NCBI GenBank assembly: GCA_041738235.1
Contig: JBGSQF010000004.1
Span: 6,215 to 70,214 of the forward strand
From: Minisyncoccia bacterium
Lineage (GTDB): Bacteria; Patescibacteriota; Minisyncoccia; Moranbacterales; GCA-2747515
DNA: 64,000 nt
Reading direction: 5' to 3'
A program made the translations under genes and the position numbers. The notes beneath the pieces are model-generated. The model did no database searches. It was given only the letters and a program-made list of their open reading frames with translations, and was not told the DNA's origin. This document shows positions 38,242-46,252 of this stretch, one piece after another (position 1 is the first letter of the stretch; each line of letters opens with the position of its first letter).

Positions 38242-38514
38242 TTATACTCCCGGAACCGATTGCGACTGAGAACCATTATTCATGAGAGAATCTTTTTGAT
38301 CTTTTAATTCTTTTACCGCATTATCGAATGAATTGTTATTTGTAGCGTTCTGCATAAGCGGACTCTCCTTAATGTGCTCAAAATTCTGCTTTAAGGAAAC
38401 AAACCAAACCACAAAAACAAAGATCATGGAAATGACCACACAGCCAATAACATAACGCATGCGAATGTGTTCCGGCTGTTTTTTAATCTCTTCCAATTTT
38501 TCTTGAATGCTCAT
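38242..38514 (-). CDS. Small membrane protein
   Basis: 90-aa ORF with one TM helix, in line with gyrA. Confidence 0.7.
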   Translation of the reverse strand: MSIQEKLEEIKKQPEHIRMRYVIGCVVISMIFVFVVWFVSLKQNFEHIKESPLMQNATNNNSFDNAVKELKDQKDSLMNNGSQSQSVPGV

Positions 38515-38523
38515 AATGCCTAT

Positions 38524-39162
38524 TTATCTCTGCGAAGTAAGCAAGACCACTTCCATCCCCTTTTCCGAAATATCCTTCTTTTTACACACAAGCTTATCGG
38601 TTGGTTTTAATGAATCAGCACCCATTTCACTCAAAAACTTTTTTACATCCTCTAGTTCGTAAGGAATTCCTGGGATCTTATACATCATCGGGATCACAAT
38701 CTTTGGCTCTACCTTTCGAACGATCTCAGCTGCAGTTTTTGCATCCATAAACTTATTTCCTCCCACGGGAACAAATAAGATATCTATCTCTTCAAAAAGC
38801 TCCAACTGTTTTTCTCCCAATGCTTTGTGAGCCCTCCCGAGATGCCCCACTCGAATATCCTCGCTCTCAAATATAAAGGGAATATTCACACCCTCCCCAT
38901 TCGATGCATGAACACCAAAAACATTGATACCTTGAACCGCATATTCCCCAGGGAGATCAAAGATCTTCGTGTCTCCCTTAAACATTTCTGTGGAACAGTT
39001 ATTTTCACCCTGCGAACAAAGTATTATATCCCCCTTTCCATATACTGATCGAACTCCTTTCTCATTTAAGGGATCTATGTACAAAACAACATCTTCCGTC
39101 GCTCGTCCACCAGGCTTTGTCAAAAACCGAAAACAGCTCAATCCATAATACGATATTTGCAT
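38524..39162 (-). CDS. Metallo-beta-lactamase-fold hydrolase (degenerate metal motif)
   Basis: ISYYGLSCF, IDP, PGEY, HLG, DILFVPVGG, PKIVIPM. Confidence 0.8.
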   Translation of the reverse strand: MQISYYGLSCFRFLTKPGGRATEDVVLYIDPLNEKGVRSVYGKGDIILCSQGENNCSTEMFKGDTKIFDLPGEYAVQGINVFGVHASNGEGVNIPFIFESEDIRVGHLGRAHKALGEKQLELFEEIDILFVPVGGNKFMDAKTAAEIVRKVEPKIVIPMMYKIPGIPYELEDVKKFLSEMGADSLKPTDKLVCKKKDISEKGMEVVLLTSQR

Positions 39163-39287
39163 ACAGAAAGTAGTAAATTTTATTTACTCAATACTATCAT
39201 AGACGATCCTTTTTTTCAAGACTCCCAGCATTCTTTTCTCAAACACCCCCCTACCCAAACGATGCCCTTTTTACCTAGTAACAAAGG

Positions 39288-39316
39288 TTGCCAAAAAACA
39301 AATAGCACGATATAAT
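39288..39316 (+). promoter_or_regulatory. sigma70-like promoter facing the parS array
   Basis: TTGCCA-17 bp-TATAAT. Confidence 0.5.
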
Positions 39317-39351
39317 ACATTTGTCAATATTACAGAGTTTGTATCCCCTCT

Positions 39352-40179
39352 TGTTCCACGTGGAACATAAGAAAAATGATCTAAACATCACCCCTAGAAA
39401 TATTTCTTGTACCTATAAACAAAGATCTCCTAAATGTTCCACGTGAAACATTTATACACCCCACAAAAAAAGTACTCTCTAGCAAGATCATCATTAGTTG
39501 AAAAACAAAAAAATCTCCAGAAGCTTAGGAGGAAAAACTTTCTTTTATGTTCCACGTGGAACATAAAAGAAAGAGATTCTATAAAAAACACTCACAAACA
39601 GCTATTAAAAAAAGTAACCTTGCAAACTCACACCAAAAGATAATATGCGACAAAAAATCCTTTTGGTTATATAAAAATGGTAAAAAATAGCTAGATCTTG
39701 TAAAAAGGGACCCAACTGTTCCACGTGGAACATAAAAAATGACGAAAAAAAACTTAAAGGAAAGACTCTTTGTAAGAGAGCCCACTAAGAGTGTTTTAGC
39801 CCAACAACGTAAACCAGCGATAGCTATGTTCCACGTGGAACATAAAAAACCTAAAAACCAGACTTTGATGATCCATTGCTCTTACTTAAGATTTTTACCC
39901 AATTACAACAAACACACATAACCCAATAATTAACACTTCGCAAATAGTACCATCCTAGAAATCTTATAAAGATACCTTAATAGAAAAGATACATGTTCCA
40001 CGTGGAACATGTATCTGTATTATAGCGAAGGTACTAGCGACACACTACTTAAAAATCGATTCTCAATAAAGATTCACCCTAGATCAAAGATTGTTAACAG
40101 TCTATTTGTTCCACGTGGAACAACGAATACAAAGGGTTGACCAAAAAAATATAAAATTCAACATGTTCCACGTGGAACA
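39352..40179. repeat. parS: Cluster of eight parS (ParB/Spo0J-binding) palindromes
   Basis: TGTTCCACGTGGAACA at 39352, 39548, 39717, 39827, 39994, 40107, 40164; TGTTCCACGTGAAACA at 39435. Confidence 0.9.
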
Positions 40180-40298
40180 CTATAGCAATGAGAGACAAGA
40201 AGCACATCTATTACACAACATTATTTTAACAATTTGTCAATACTTCTTGACTCTTTATCTTCTATTCGGTATTATTTGCTGGCGTTCCCTTGTGTAAT

Positions 40299-40371
40299 GG
40301 GCCGTTAGCTCATCTGGTAGAGCGCATCCATGGCATGGATGAGGTGAGCGGTTCGAGTCCGCTACGGTCCA
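40299..40371 (+). tRNA. tRNA-Ala(GGC)
   Basis: G3:U70 pair, CATCC-ATGGCAT-GGATG, GGTTCGAGTCC; TTGACT-17-TATTAT promoter upstream. Confidence 0.95.
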
Positions 40372-40474
40372 CTCAATAAAAAATAGTCAGACGACCCCAA
40401 AAGAGAGCACGGGTATTTCAGTTAACTTTCCCTTTAATAAAAAGTTTTTTCGGTTTTTCCACACATTATACACC

Positions 40475-40546
40475 GCCCCGATAGTTCAATGGATAGAACG
40501 GCTCACTCCTAACGAGCAAATTCAGGTTCGACTCCTGGTCGGGGCA
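40475..40546 (+). tRNA. tRNA-Arg(CCT)
   Basis: GCCCCGA/TCGGGGC acceptor, CTCCTAA loop, GGTTCGACTCC. Confidence 0.92.
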
Positions 40547-40559
40547 CTAAGTCCATCCT

Positions 40560-40898
40560 ATGCCAAAACGAATTGATAAAATAAATCCACTCATACAGGA
40601 TATTTTATCCAAGCTTATAGCAAAAGAAATTTCCTTAAAGCCAGCCGTGTTCATAACAGTTGCAAAAGTTGACACATCAAGAGATCTCCGGTATGCTCGA
40701 GTGTTTGTGAGCGTCTTTCCAGACACTGAAAGGGATTATGCGTTTCAAACCATACTACATGAGCGATCTAAACTGCAAAAATTACTCCATCAAGAATTAT
40801 CTACCAAAATACTCCCAAAAATCTCCTTTATTTTAGATGAAACAGAGTCTCGAGCAGATGAGATCGAACGCCTCTTTCAGGAAATAAAGGAAGAATAA
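40560..40898 (+). CDS. rbfA: Ribosome-binding factor A
   Basis: ITVAKVDTSRDLRYARVFVS, PKISFILD. Confidence 0.92.
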   Translation: MPKRIDKINPLIQDILSKLIAKEISLKPAVFITVAKVDTSRDLRYARVFVSVFPDTERDYAFQTILHERSKLQKLLHQELSTKILPKISFILDETESRADEIERLFQEIKEE

Positions 40899-40913
40899 TA
40901 GGGGACCACTCCT

Positions 40914-41876
40914 ATGAAAAAGTTTATACAAGAATTTTCTTCACTCAACTACGTTCTCAAAAATTCTGACTCCACACTTCTTATTGCACACAACAATCCT
41001 GATGCTGATAGCGTTGGTGCAACGATTGCTCTTCAAGAAATCCTTTTATTGCAAGGAAAGAAGGTGGACATTGTATGCAATGATCCTTTTCCAATAACAT
41101 TGAGCTCCGTTGTTACGACAAATTTCATATCTCCAAAAGAACTCCTTCTAGAGAAATACGATGCTGTTATTGCTTGTGATAGCGTAGACAGGGGACCCTT
41201 CCGAGAAATTCAAAAGAACCTCTCTGAAAAACAGGTAACGGTTCTTATAGATCACCATCCAGATATTGCCGTAACTGCGGATATCGTTCTTATTGACGCA
41301 AAACGATCCTCAACCTGCGAGCTACTCTACGAGTTTTTTTTCAAACAAAAGATCTCGATCAATACAAGAATGGCCACTGCACTTCTTCTGGGTCTTTTGT
41401 TCGACACTGGAAACTTTCAACATCCCTGTACATCTACCCGCGTTCTTGAAATAGCCTCGGATCTTCTTAAAAGAGGAGCCCCTCTGCAAAAGATAATTCA
41501 AGTCGTTTCTTCAAATAAAAAAATATCTACTCTACACCTTTGGGGAAAAGCCTTTGATAAGATGAAGGTTGTGAAAGAGACTGGGATGGCAGTCACCGGA
41601 CTCACAAAAGACGATCTGGATGAATGTGGCTCAGAACAACAGGAAACCTCACAAATAGCCCAGATACTTTCTACCATACCAGGTATTCGTTACGGACTTG
41701 TGCTTTATCAAAAGGATAAAGATACGGTCCGAGGAAGTTTTCGAGCCCAAGAATCTGCCGATGTTGATGTCTGCGCGCTAGCAAAAAAACTTGGGGGTGG
41801 GGGACACGTACTTGCCAGCGGCTTTGAAATACCCGGTCTTCTTCAAGAAAAGGGGGGTAATTGGGTTATTGAATAA
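40914..41876 (+). CDS. DHH/DHHA1 phosphoesterase (NrnA-like nanoRNase)
   Basis: HNNPDAD, IDHH, DTGNF, GGGGH. Confidence 0.9.
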   Translation: MKKFIQEFSSLNYVLKNSDSTLLIAHNNPDADSVGATIALQEILLLQGKKVDIVCNDPFPITLSSVVTTNFISPKELLLEKYDAVIACDSVDRGPFREIQKNLSEKQVTVLIDHHPDIAVTADIVLIDAKRSSTCELLYEFFFKQKISINTRMATALLLGLLFDTGNFQHPCTSTRVLEIASDLLKRGAPLQKIIQVVSSNKKISTLHLWGKAFDKMKVVKETGMAVTGLTKDDLDECGSEQQETSQIAQILSTIPGIRYGLVLYQKDKDTVRGSFRAQESADVDVCALAKKLGGGGHVLASGFEIPGLLQEKGGNWVIE

Positions 41877-41917
41877 AGAAAAATAAAGAGTTTTCCACTT
41901 GTTATCCACACAAAAAT

Positions 41918-42508
41918 ATGCAAAATACAACAAATATCTCATTCAAAACCCTTTCCCAAAAAATTTCTACTTGCAAAAAGTGTATACTGAGATCATCGTG
42001 CTCGCAGGTTGTAGTCGGTTCAGGGTCAGAAAGATCAGAAATACTCTTCATAGGAGAAGCACCTGGAAAAAAAGAGGACGAAATTGGAATGCCCTTTGTG
42101 GGAGCCTCTGGAAAACTCCTCCAGGAAATGCTTGCTTCAATTGGAATGAACCGAGAATCTGTCTACATCACTAATATCGTAAAATGTCGCCCCCCTAACA
42201 ATCGAGATCCTCTTCCAGAGGAGATCGCTCTCTGCACACCGTGGCTTACTGCACAAATTGAACGAATGGATCCAAAGCTCATTATAACCCTAGGACGTCA
42301 CTCAATGAACTTCTTTCTTCCAGAATTGAAGATCTCAACCTCTCACGGACACATCTATCGGGCACAACCCACATCCTTTACAAAACCTTTTGTTTTTTTC
42401 ACATTGTATCATCCTGCAGCAGCCCTCTATAATGGAGGACTAAGAGACTCGCTTTTCAAAGATTTTTCTAAAATCCCAAAAATACTCAAAGAAATAAAAA
42501 AGAATTGA
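41918..42508 (+). CDS. Uracil-DNA glycosylase family 4
   Basis: CxxC, IGEAPG, PFVG, NIVKCRPPNNRDP, YHPAA. Confidence 0.93.
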   Translation: MQNTTNISFKTLSQKISTCKKCILRSSCSQVVVGSGSERSEILFIGEAPGKKEDEIGMPFVGASGKLLQEMLASIGMNRESVYITNIVKCRPPNNRDPLPEEIALCTPWLTAQIERMDPKLIITLGRHSMNFFLPELKISTSHGHIYRAQPTSFTKPFVFFTLYHPAAALYNGGLRDSLFKDFSKIPKILKEIKKN

Positions 42509-42547
42509 CGCTACGACCCCGCTCCTGTACACTAACGATATGTTTTT

Positions 42548-42618
42548 GGTCCGGTGGCCGAGCGGTTAGGCAGGGGTCTGCAAAACCCCGTACAGCAGTT
42601 CAAATCTGCTCCGGACCT
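42548..42618 (+). tRNA. tRNA-Cys(GCA)
   Basis: GGTCCGG/CCGGACC acceptor, GGGGT-CTGCAAA-ACCCC; TTGACG-17-TACACT promoter upstream. Confidence 0.93.
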
Positions 42619-42630
42619 CCCTTATTAACA

Positions 42631-42715
42631 GCCGCGGTGGCGGAATTGGTAGACGCAAGGGACTTAAAATCCCTCGAATTAAACACTCGTGCGAGTTCGA
42701 GTCTCGCCCGCGGCA
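42631..42715 (+). tRNA. tRNA-Leu(TAA)
   Basis: GCCGCGG/CCGCGGC acceptor, AGGGA-CTTAAAA-TCCCT, long variable arm. Confidence 0.95.
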
Positions 42716-42716
42716 C

Positions 42717-42748
42717 AAAAAAGCCCCGATTCTCATCGGGGCTTTTCT
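42717..42748. terminator. Bidirectional intrinsic terminator
   Basis: AAAAAAGCCCCGAT-tctc-ATCGGGGCTTTT. Confidence 0.8.
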
Positions 42749-43260
42749 TACTCTAACACAACCTTTGCTAATAAATTCTTTCTTCCGAAAGCAAAGGCAT
42801 CCGATTTGGTTTGCATATAGATATCGAAGTGATTGCCCTTGATCGCACCTCCACGATCTTCACAGGTATATACGCCCATTCCCTCGATCTCGATCTTAGC
42901 CCCAAAAGGATATTGCGCGGGACAAGCAAGTGTTCTCTTTTCTGTAACCTTCACTCCCGACGCTGTGACACCATCCGATTTCCCACATTCATCGGCCGCT
43001 GCAGTATAAGCGGAAGCATTAATGATAAAGGAATCGGACTTAAGGTTATTCCACAATCCACTTTGCTTTACTTTCCATTGATCCATGATCCTCTGATAGC
43101 GAAAAGCGTATACAGCCTCTTCGGAATAAACGACAGGAAACCCTTCACTTGAGAGATTGACTATTTTTATTTGGATATTGGGGTCTTCGCTGATCTGCGC
43201 ACATCCTATATTAGGCAGTATAAGCGCAAATATGAGAGCAAAAGCACCAAGTTTCCACAT
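42748..43260 (-). CDS. Exported 3D-domain (MltA-like) protein
   Basis: Signal peptide; SAY, GVTASG, PFGAKI, EDRGGAIKGNHFDIY. Confidence 0.88.
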   Translation of the reverse strand: MWKLGAFALIFALILPNIGCAQISEDPNIQIKIVNLSSEGFPVVYSEEAVYAFRYQRIMDQWKVKQSGLWNNLKSDSFIINASAYTAAADECGKSDGVTASGVKVTEKRTLACPAQYPFGAKIEIEGMGVYTCEDRGGAIKGNHFDIYMQTKSDAFAFGRKNLLAKVVLE

Positions 43261-43394
43261 AAGGTATCGCTAATAATTAGCTACCTTTGTTTTAAAAAAC
43301 TTTTATTTTAACCGTCAATTATAGCATTTTTAAACAATTTTGTCAATATCTAGGCCAGCCTATTTATCTCTACATTTGTAGACCCTTCTCTCCA

Positions 43395-43428
43395 TCAATA
43401 AAACCCCTTCTAAAAGGGGTTTTATTGA
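43395..43428. terminator. Terminator downstream of rpsA
   Basis: TCAATAAAACCCCTT-ctaa-AAGGGGTTTTATTGA. Confidence 0.75.
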
Positions 43429-43464
43429 TTATCCACAGTTTTTCCACACTACTCCACAACAACC

Positions 43465-44604
43465 CTATTTCTTCAAGAGAGTCAGTCCCATTCTGTGACT
43501 TCTCGCCTCTATAGAGAGGATCTTCCAACGGTAGGACTCCCCAGGAACAAGCATTTCTTCCATTGTTTTCCCTGGGTGAGCGTTCTTAAACTCGCTAATA
43601 TGTGCCAATCCATGAATATCCTTATCCAGATAGACGAATGCGCCAAAGGGGTTGATCTTATCAACCTTTCCCTGTACTTCCTGCCCCACCTGGTATCGTT
43701 CATGCACCTCGGTCCACGGATCCTTCTGAAGCGATTTCATAGAAAGGGAAATACGTGTTTCATCGATACCAATGATCTTTGCTTGAACCGTATCCCCAAC
43801 CTTTACGATCTCTCGTGGATCATCGATAAGCTGCCATGCCAGCTCTGAAATATGGACCAATCCCTCCAACTTCTCTTCAGCGGCACCGACATCCTTGCGA
43901 GAAGGGGGAAAGAACTTCACGAAAGCACCGAAATCCACTACACCACTCACATCTCCTTCAACAATATCCCCAACCTTCAATTCTGATATAGCGGTCATTT
44001 CTTTCTCGCTTTGAGCCGCTTTTTCGCTGACGATCAACTTTTCTGTTTCTTTATCACAATCCAAGATCCGAACACGCAGATCTTGCCCCACTAACTTCTT
44101 CAAAAGTTCCAATATTCTATTTTTATCCCCGTTCTCCACCCGAGGATAGTTTGCATTGGATAACTGTGAAACAGGCAAAAATCCAGTGATCCCGTTGAGC
44201 TCTACGAGCAATCCCCCCTTGTTGGCATCCAATATGCGCGTTGGCATAGATTCCTTCTTCTCCTTCTTTTCTTCAAGGTCTTCCCACGCACGATTGTATG
44301 ATGCCTGACGAACAGAAAGCTCAAGGTAACCCTCTTCATTCTCGATATCTGTCAAAGTAGCTTTAACCTTATCACCGACGGAAAGAGCACTTGTTATCCC
44401 CATTCCATCTTTTAACTCCGCCCCATAAACGATCCCTGTCCCAATCGGACCAAGATCCAAAAGCATGCTATTTGAGGTCTTTTCTAACACGGTTCCCTCC
44501 AAAATATCGCCCACAACAGGGATATGAAGATCTACTGAGGACAGAAGACCTTCCATAGGAGAAACCTCTGCCTGTTCCTCTTCTTGCTGAATAACCTTAT
44601 TCAT
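43465..44604 (-). CDS. rpsA: 30S ribosomal protein S1 (four S1 domains)
   Basis: NKGGLLV, GFLPVSQL, FGAFV, GLVHISEL repeats. Confidence 0.93.
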   Translation of the reverse strand: MNKVIQQEEEQAEVSPMEGLLSSVDLHIPVVGDILEGTVLEKTSNSMLLDLGPIGTGIVYGAELKDGMGITSALSVGDKVKATLTDIENEEGYLELSVRQASYNRAWEDLEEKKEKKESMPTRILDANKGGLLVELNGITGFLPVSQLSNANYPRVENGDKNRILELLKKLVGQDLRVRILDCDKETEKLIVSEKAAQSEKEMTAISELKVGDIVEGDVSGVVDFGAFVKFFPPSRKDVGAAEEKLEGLVHISELAWQLIDDPREIVKVGDTVQAKIIGIDETRISLSMKSLQKDPWTEVHERYQVGQEVQGKVDKINPFGAFVYLDKDIHGLAHISEFKNAHPGKTMEEMLVPGESYRWKILSIEARSHRMGLTLLKK

Positions 44605-44768
44605 ATATATACATTGCGAAAAACGAGGGCAACGCTCTTCTTAGTTAATTTTTAAATACCCTTCCCCACTAGAAATAACAAAAAACGGCACCATACCGCA
44701 TAATCGCACAGACCTAGGAGATTACAACATCTCCCTCTTCAATTGTTTATGGATTATCGGTATGAAAG

Positions 44769-44828
44769 AGTATAGAATAAGTAGGAAAAAAAATCAAGGT
44801 TGACAAAAAAATATACCCCTCCTATAAT
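44769..44828. promoter_or_regulatory. Back-to-back divergent sigma70 promoters (rpsA and LysM-CHAP gene)
   Basis: Plus strand TTGACA(44800)-17-TATAAT(44823); minus strand TTGATT(44797)-17-TATACT(44774). Confidence 0.75.
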
Positions 44829-44851
44829 GGGAACACTAATTTCTAAGGTTT

Positions 44852-46078
44852 TTGAAGGGATGGGCTATTGGTCGGTTCTTGTTTGGCCACTGCTCTTACC
44901 TCAAAGCCATCGAAAGGGAACAGCGTATCCGCACAGAAACGCCAGTTCAAAAAAAATCTTCCTCGTTCCTCACAGCAATGTACTTCATTTCGAACATCCG
45001 GACTTTCGGATCCGTTCGAGGCATTCACTCATTCCGGAAATATTCAGCACTCGCAGTCGTTCTTGCGAGCGCTCTTTTTGTTTCCATTCATAACATTGAA
45101 TTGCGCAATCCAGGCAAAAGCACTCTCCCTCTCAACAGCCAGGACGATCAAACGAAACCAAATGCCTTTAAATTCGCATCTGAGCGCTATACGGAAGTAG
45201 CCTCACTTCCTTATGTAAAATCAGCTAATTTGGAAAACGTGACCAAAGAAGAGGAACTGGCTGAGATCATGCCTATCCAAAGAGATAACCCAGGCACGCA
45301 TCTCCAAGTACAATCACTGATCGCTACTGCCAACGCAATGGAAAAAGACCCTGAAGATGGTGGTGTGAAGCTCTACACCGTAAAAGAAGGGGACACACTA
45401 AGCTCTATTGCCAAGCAAAACAATATAACCGTCAATACTATCCTCTGGGCAAATACCATTGATGATGAGGATTCAATTGCTCCCGGAGATGAAATATTCA
45501 TCTTGCCCGTTGCGGGACTCAAACACATTATAAAAAATGGTGAGACACTTGATGCTATCGCAAAAGACTACAAGGCCGACAAGGATCAGATCATCGCCTT
45601 CAATAATATGCCTGCCAACGGCTCTGTAGAAGTGGGAGCGGAGATCATCATCCCCGGAGGGGAAAAAGAGCTTCCCAAGAAAGAAACAACCACACCCCTC
45701 CTTGGAAAACGAACATATGTTGCAAGTGAACCGGGTGGAGGGACACAAACAGTTTCCAAGCGACATGATAAACCAAATACCTTTCCTTATGGGTACTGTA
45801 CTTGGTATGTGGCTCAGGTAAAATACATTCCTTGGCGGGGAAATGCTGGGGCATGGCTGTATAACGCAAAAGCAATGGGTTACAAGACGGGAAAGACCGC
45901 GCGAGTTGGAGCGATCATTGTAACGACAGACAACACCTACTATGGACACGTAGCTATTGTAGAAAAAGTTTCAGGCGACACCATCACCGTAAGTGAAATG
46001 AACTACAAAGCCTGGGGAAAGAGTAATACTCGTGTGATATCAATAAATGACAGAAAGATCCGCGGATACATCTATTAA
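44852..46078 (+). CDS. LysM x2 plus CHAP peptidoglycan hydrolase
   Basis: YTVKEGDTLSSIA and HIIKNGETLDAIA LysM repeats; GYCTWYV, GNAGAW, YGHVAIVE, VSEMN; start uncertain. Confidence 0.92.
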   Translation: MKGWAIGRFLFGHCSYLKAIEREQRIRTETPVQKKSSSFLTAMYFISNIRTFGSVRGIHSFRKYSALAVVLASALFVSIHNIELRNPGKSTLPLNSQDDQTKPNAFKFASERYTEVASLPYVKSANLENVTKEEELAEIMPIQRDNPGTHLQVQSLIATANAMEKDPEDGGVKLYTVKEGDTLSSIAKQNNITVNTILWANTIDDEDSIAPGDEIFILPVAGLKHIIKNGETLDAIAKDYKADKDQIIAFNNMPANGSVEVGAEIIIPGGEKELPKKETTTPLLGKRTYVASEPGGGTQTVSKRHDKPNTFPYGYCTWYVAQVKYIPWRGNAGAWLYNAKAMGYKTGKTARVGAIIVTTDNTYYGHVAIVEKVSGDTITVSEMNYKAWGKSNTRVISINDRKIRGYIY

Positions 46079-46101
46079 AGATCACAACCTACCTCTTTAA
46101 G

Positions 46102-46132
46102 AGAAAGCCTCTCCAACCACGAGAGGCTTTCT
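46102..46132 (+). terminator. Intrinsic terminator
   Basis: AGAAAGCCTCTC-caaccac-GAGAGGCTTTCT. Confidence 0.7.
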
Positions 46133-46252
46133 TGTACAAAGAACAAAAATTTTTCAGTAGTAAAGACTCCTCACACAGACAAAATATTATCCACAAACAT
46201 TCTTGGATAAAAGTAGCGTGTTTTACTTTTTTAGTGTATCCTATAAGAAGAT

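Noticed and set aside
39352-40179. CRISPR array
   Set aside because: Repeats are only 16 bp, spacers range 41-153 bp, no cas genes are present, and the repeat equals the parS consensus.
39434-40297. Short ORFs containing MFHVEH or CSTWN
   Set aside because: These are translations of the parS palindrome in A-rich non-coding DNA.
39163-40298. Replication origin at the gene-orientation switch
   Set aside because: No dnaA/dnaN and no cluster of perfect DnaA boxes in this gap; by eye the plus strand stays C-rich on both sides, so no skew inversion is evident.
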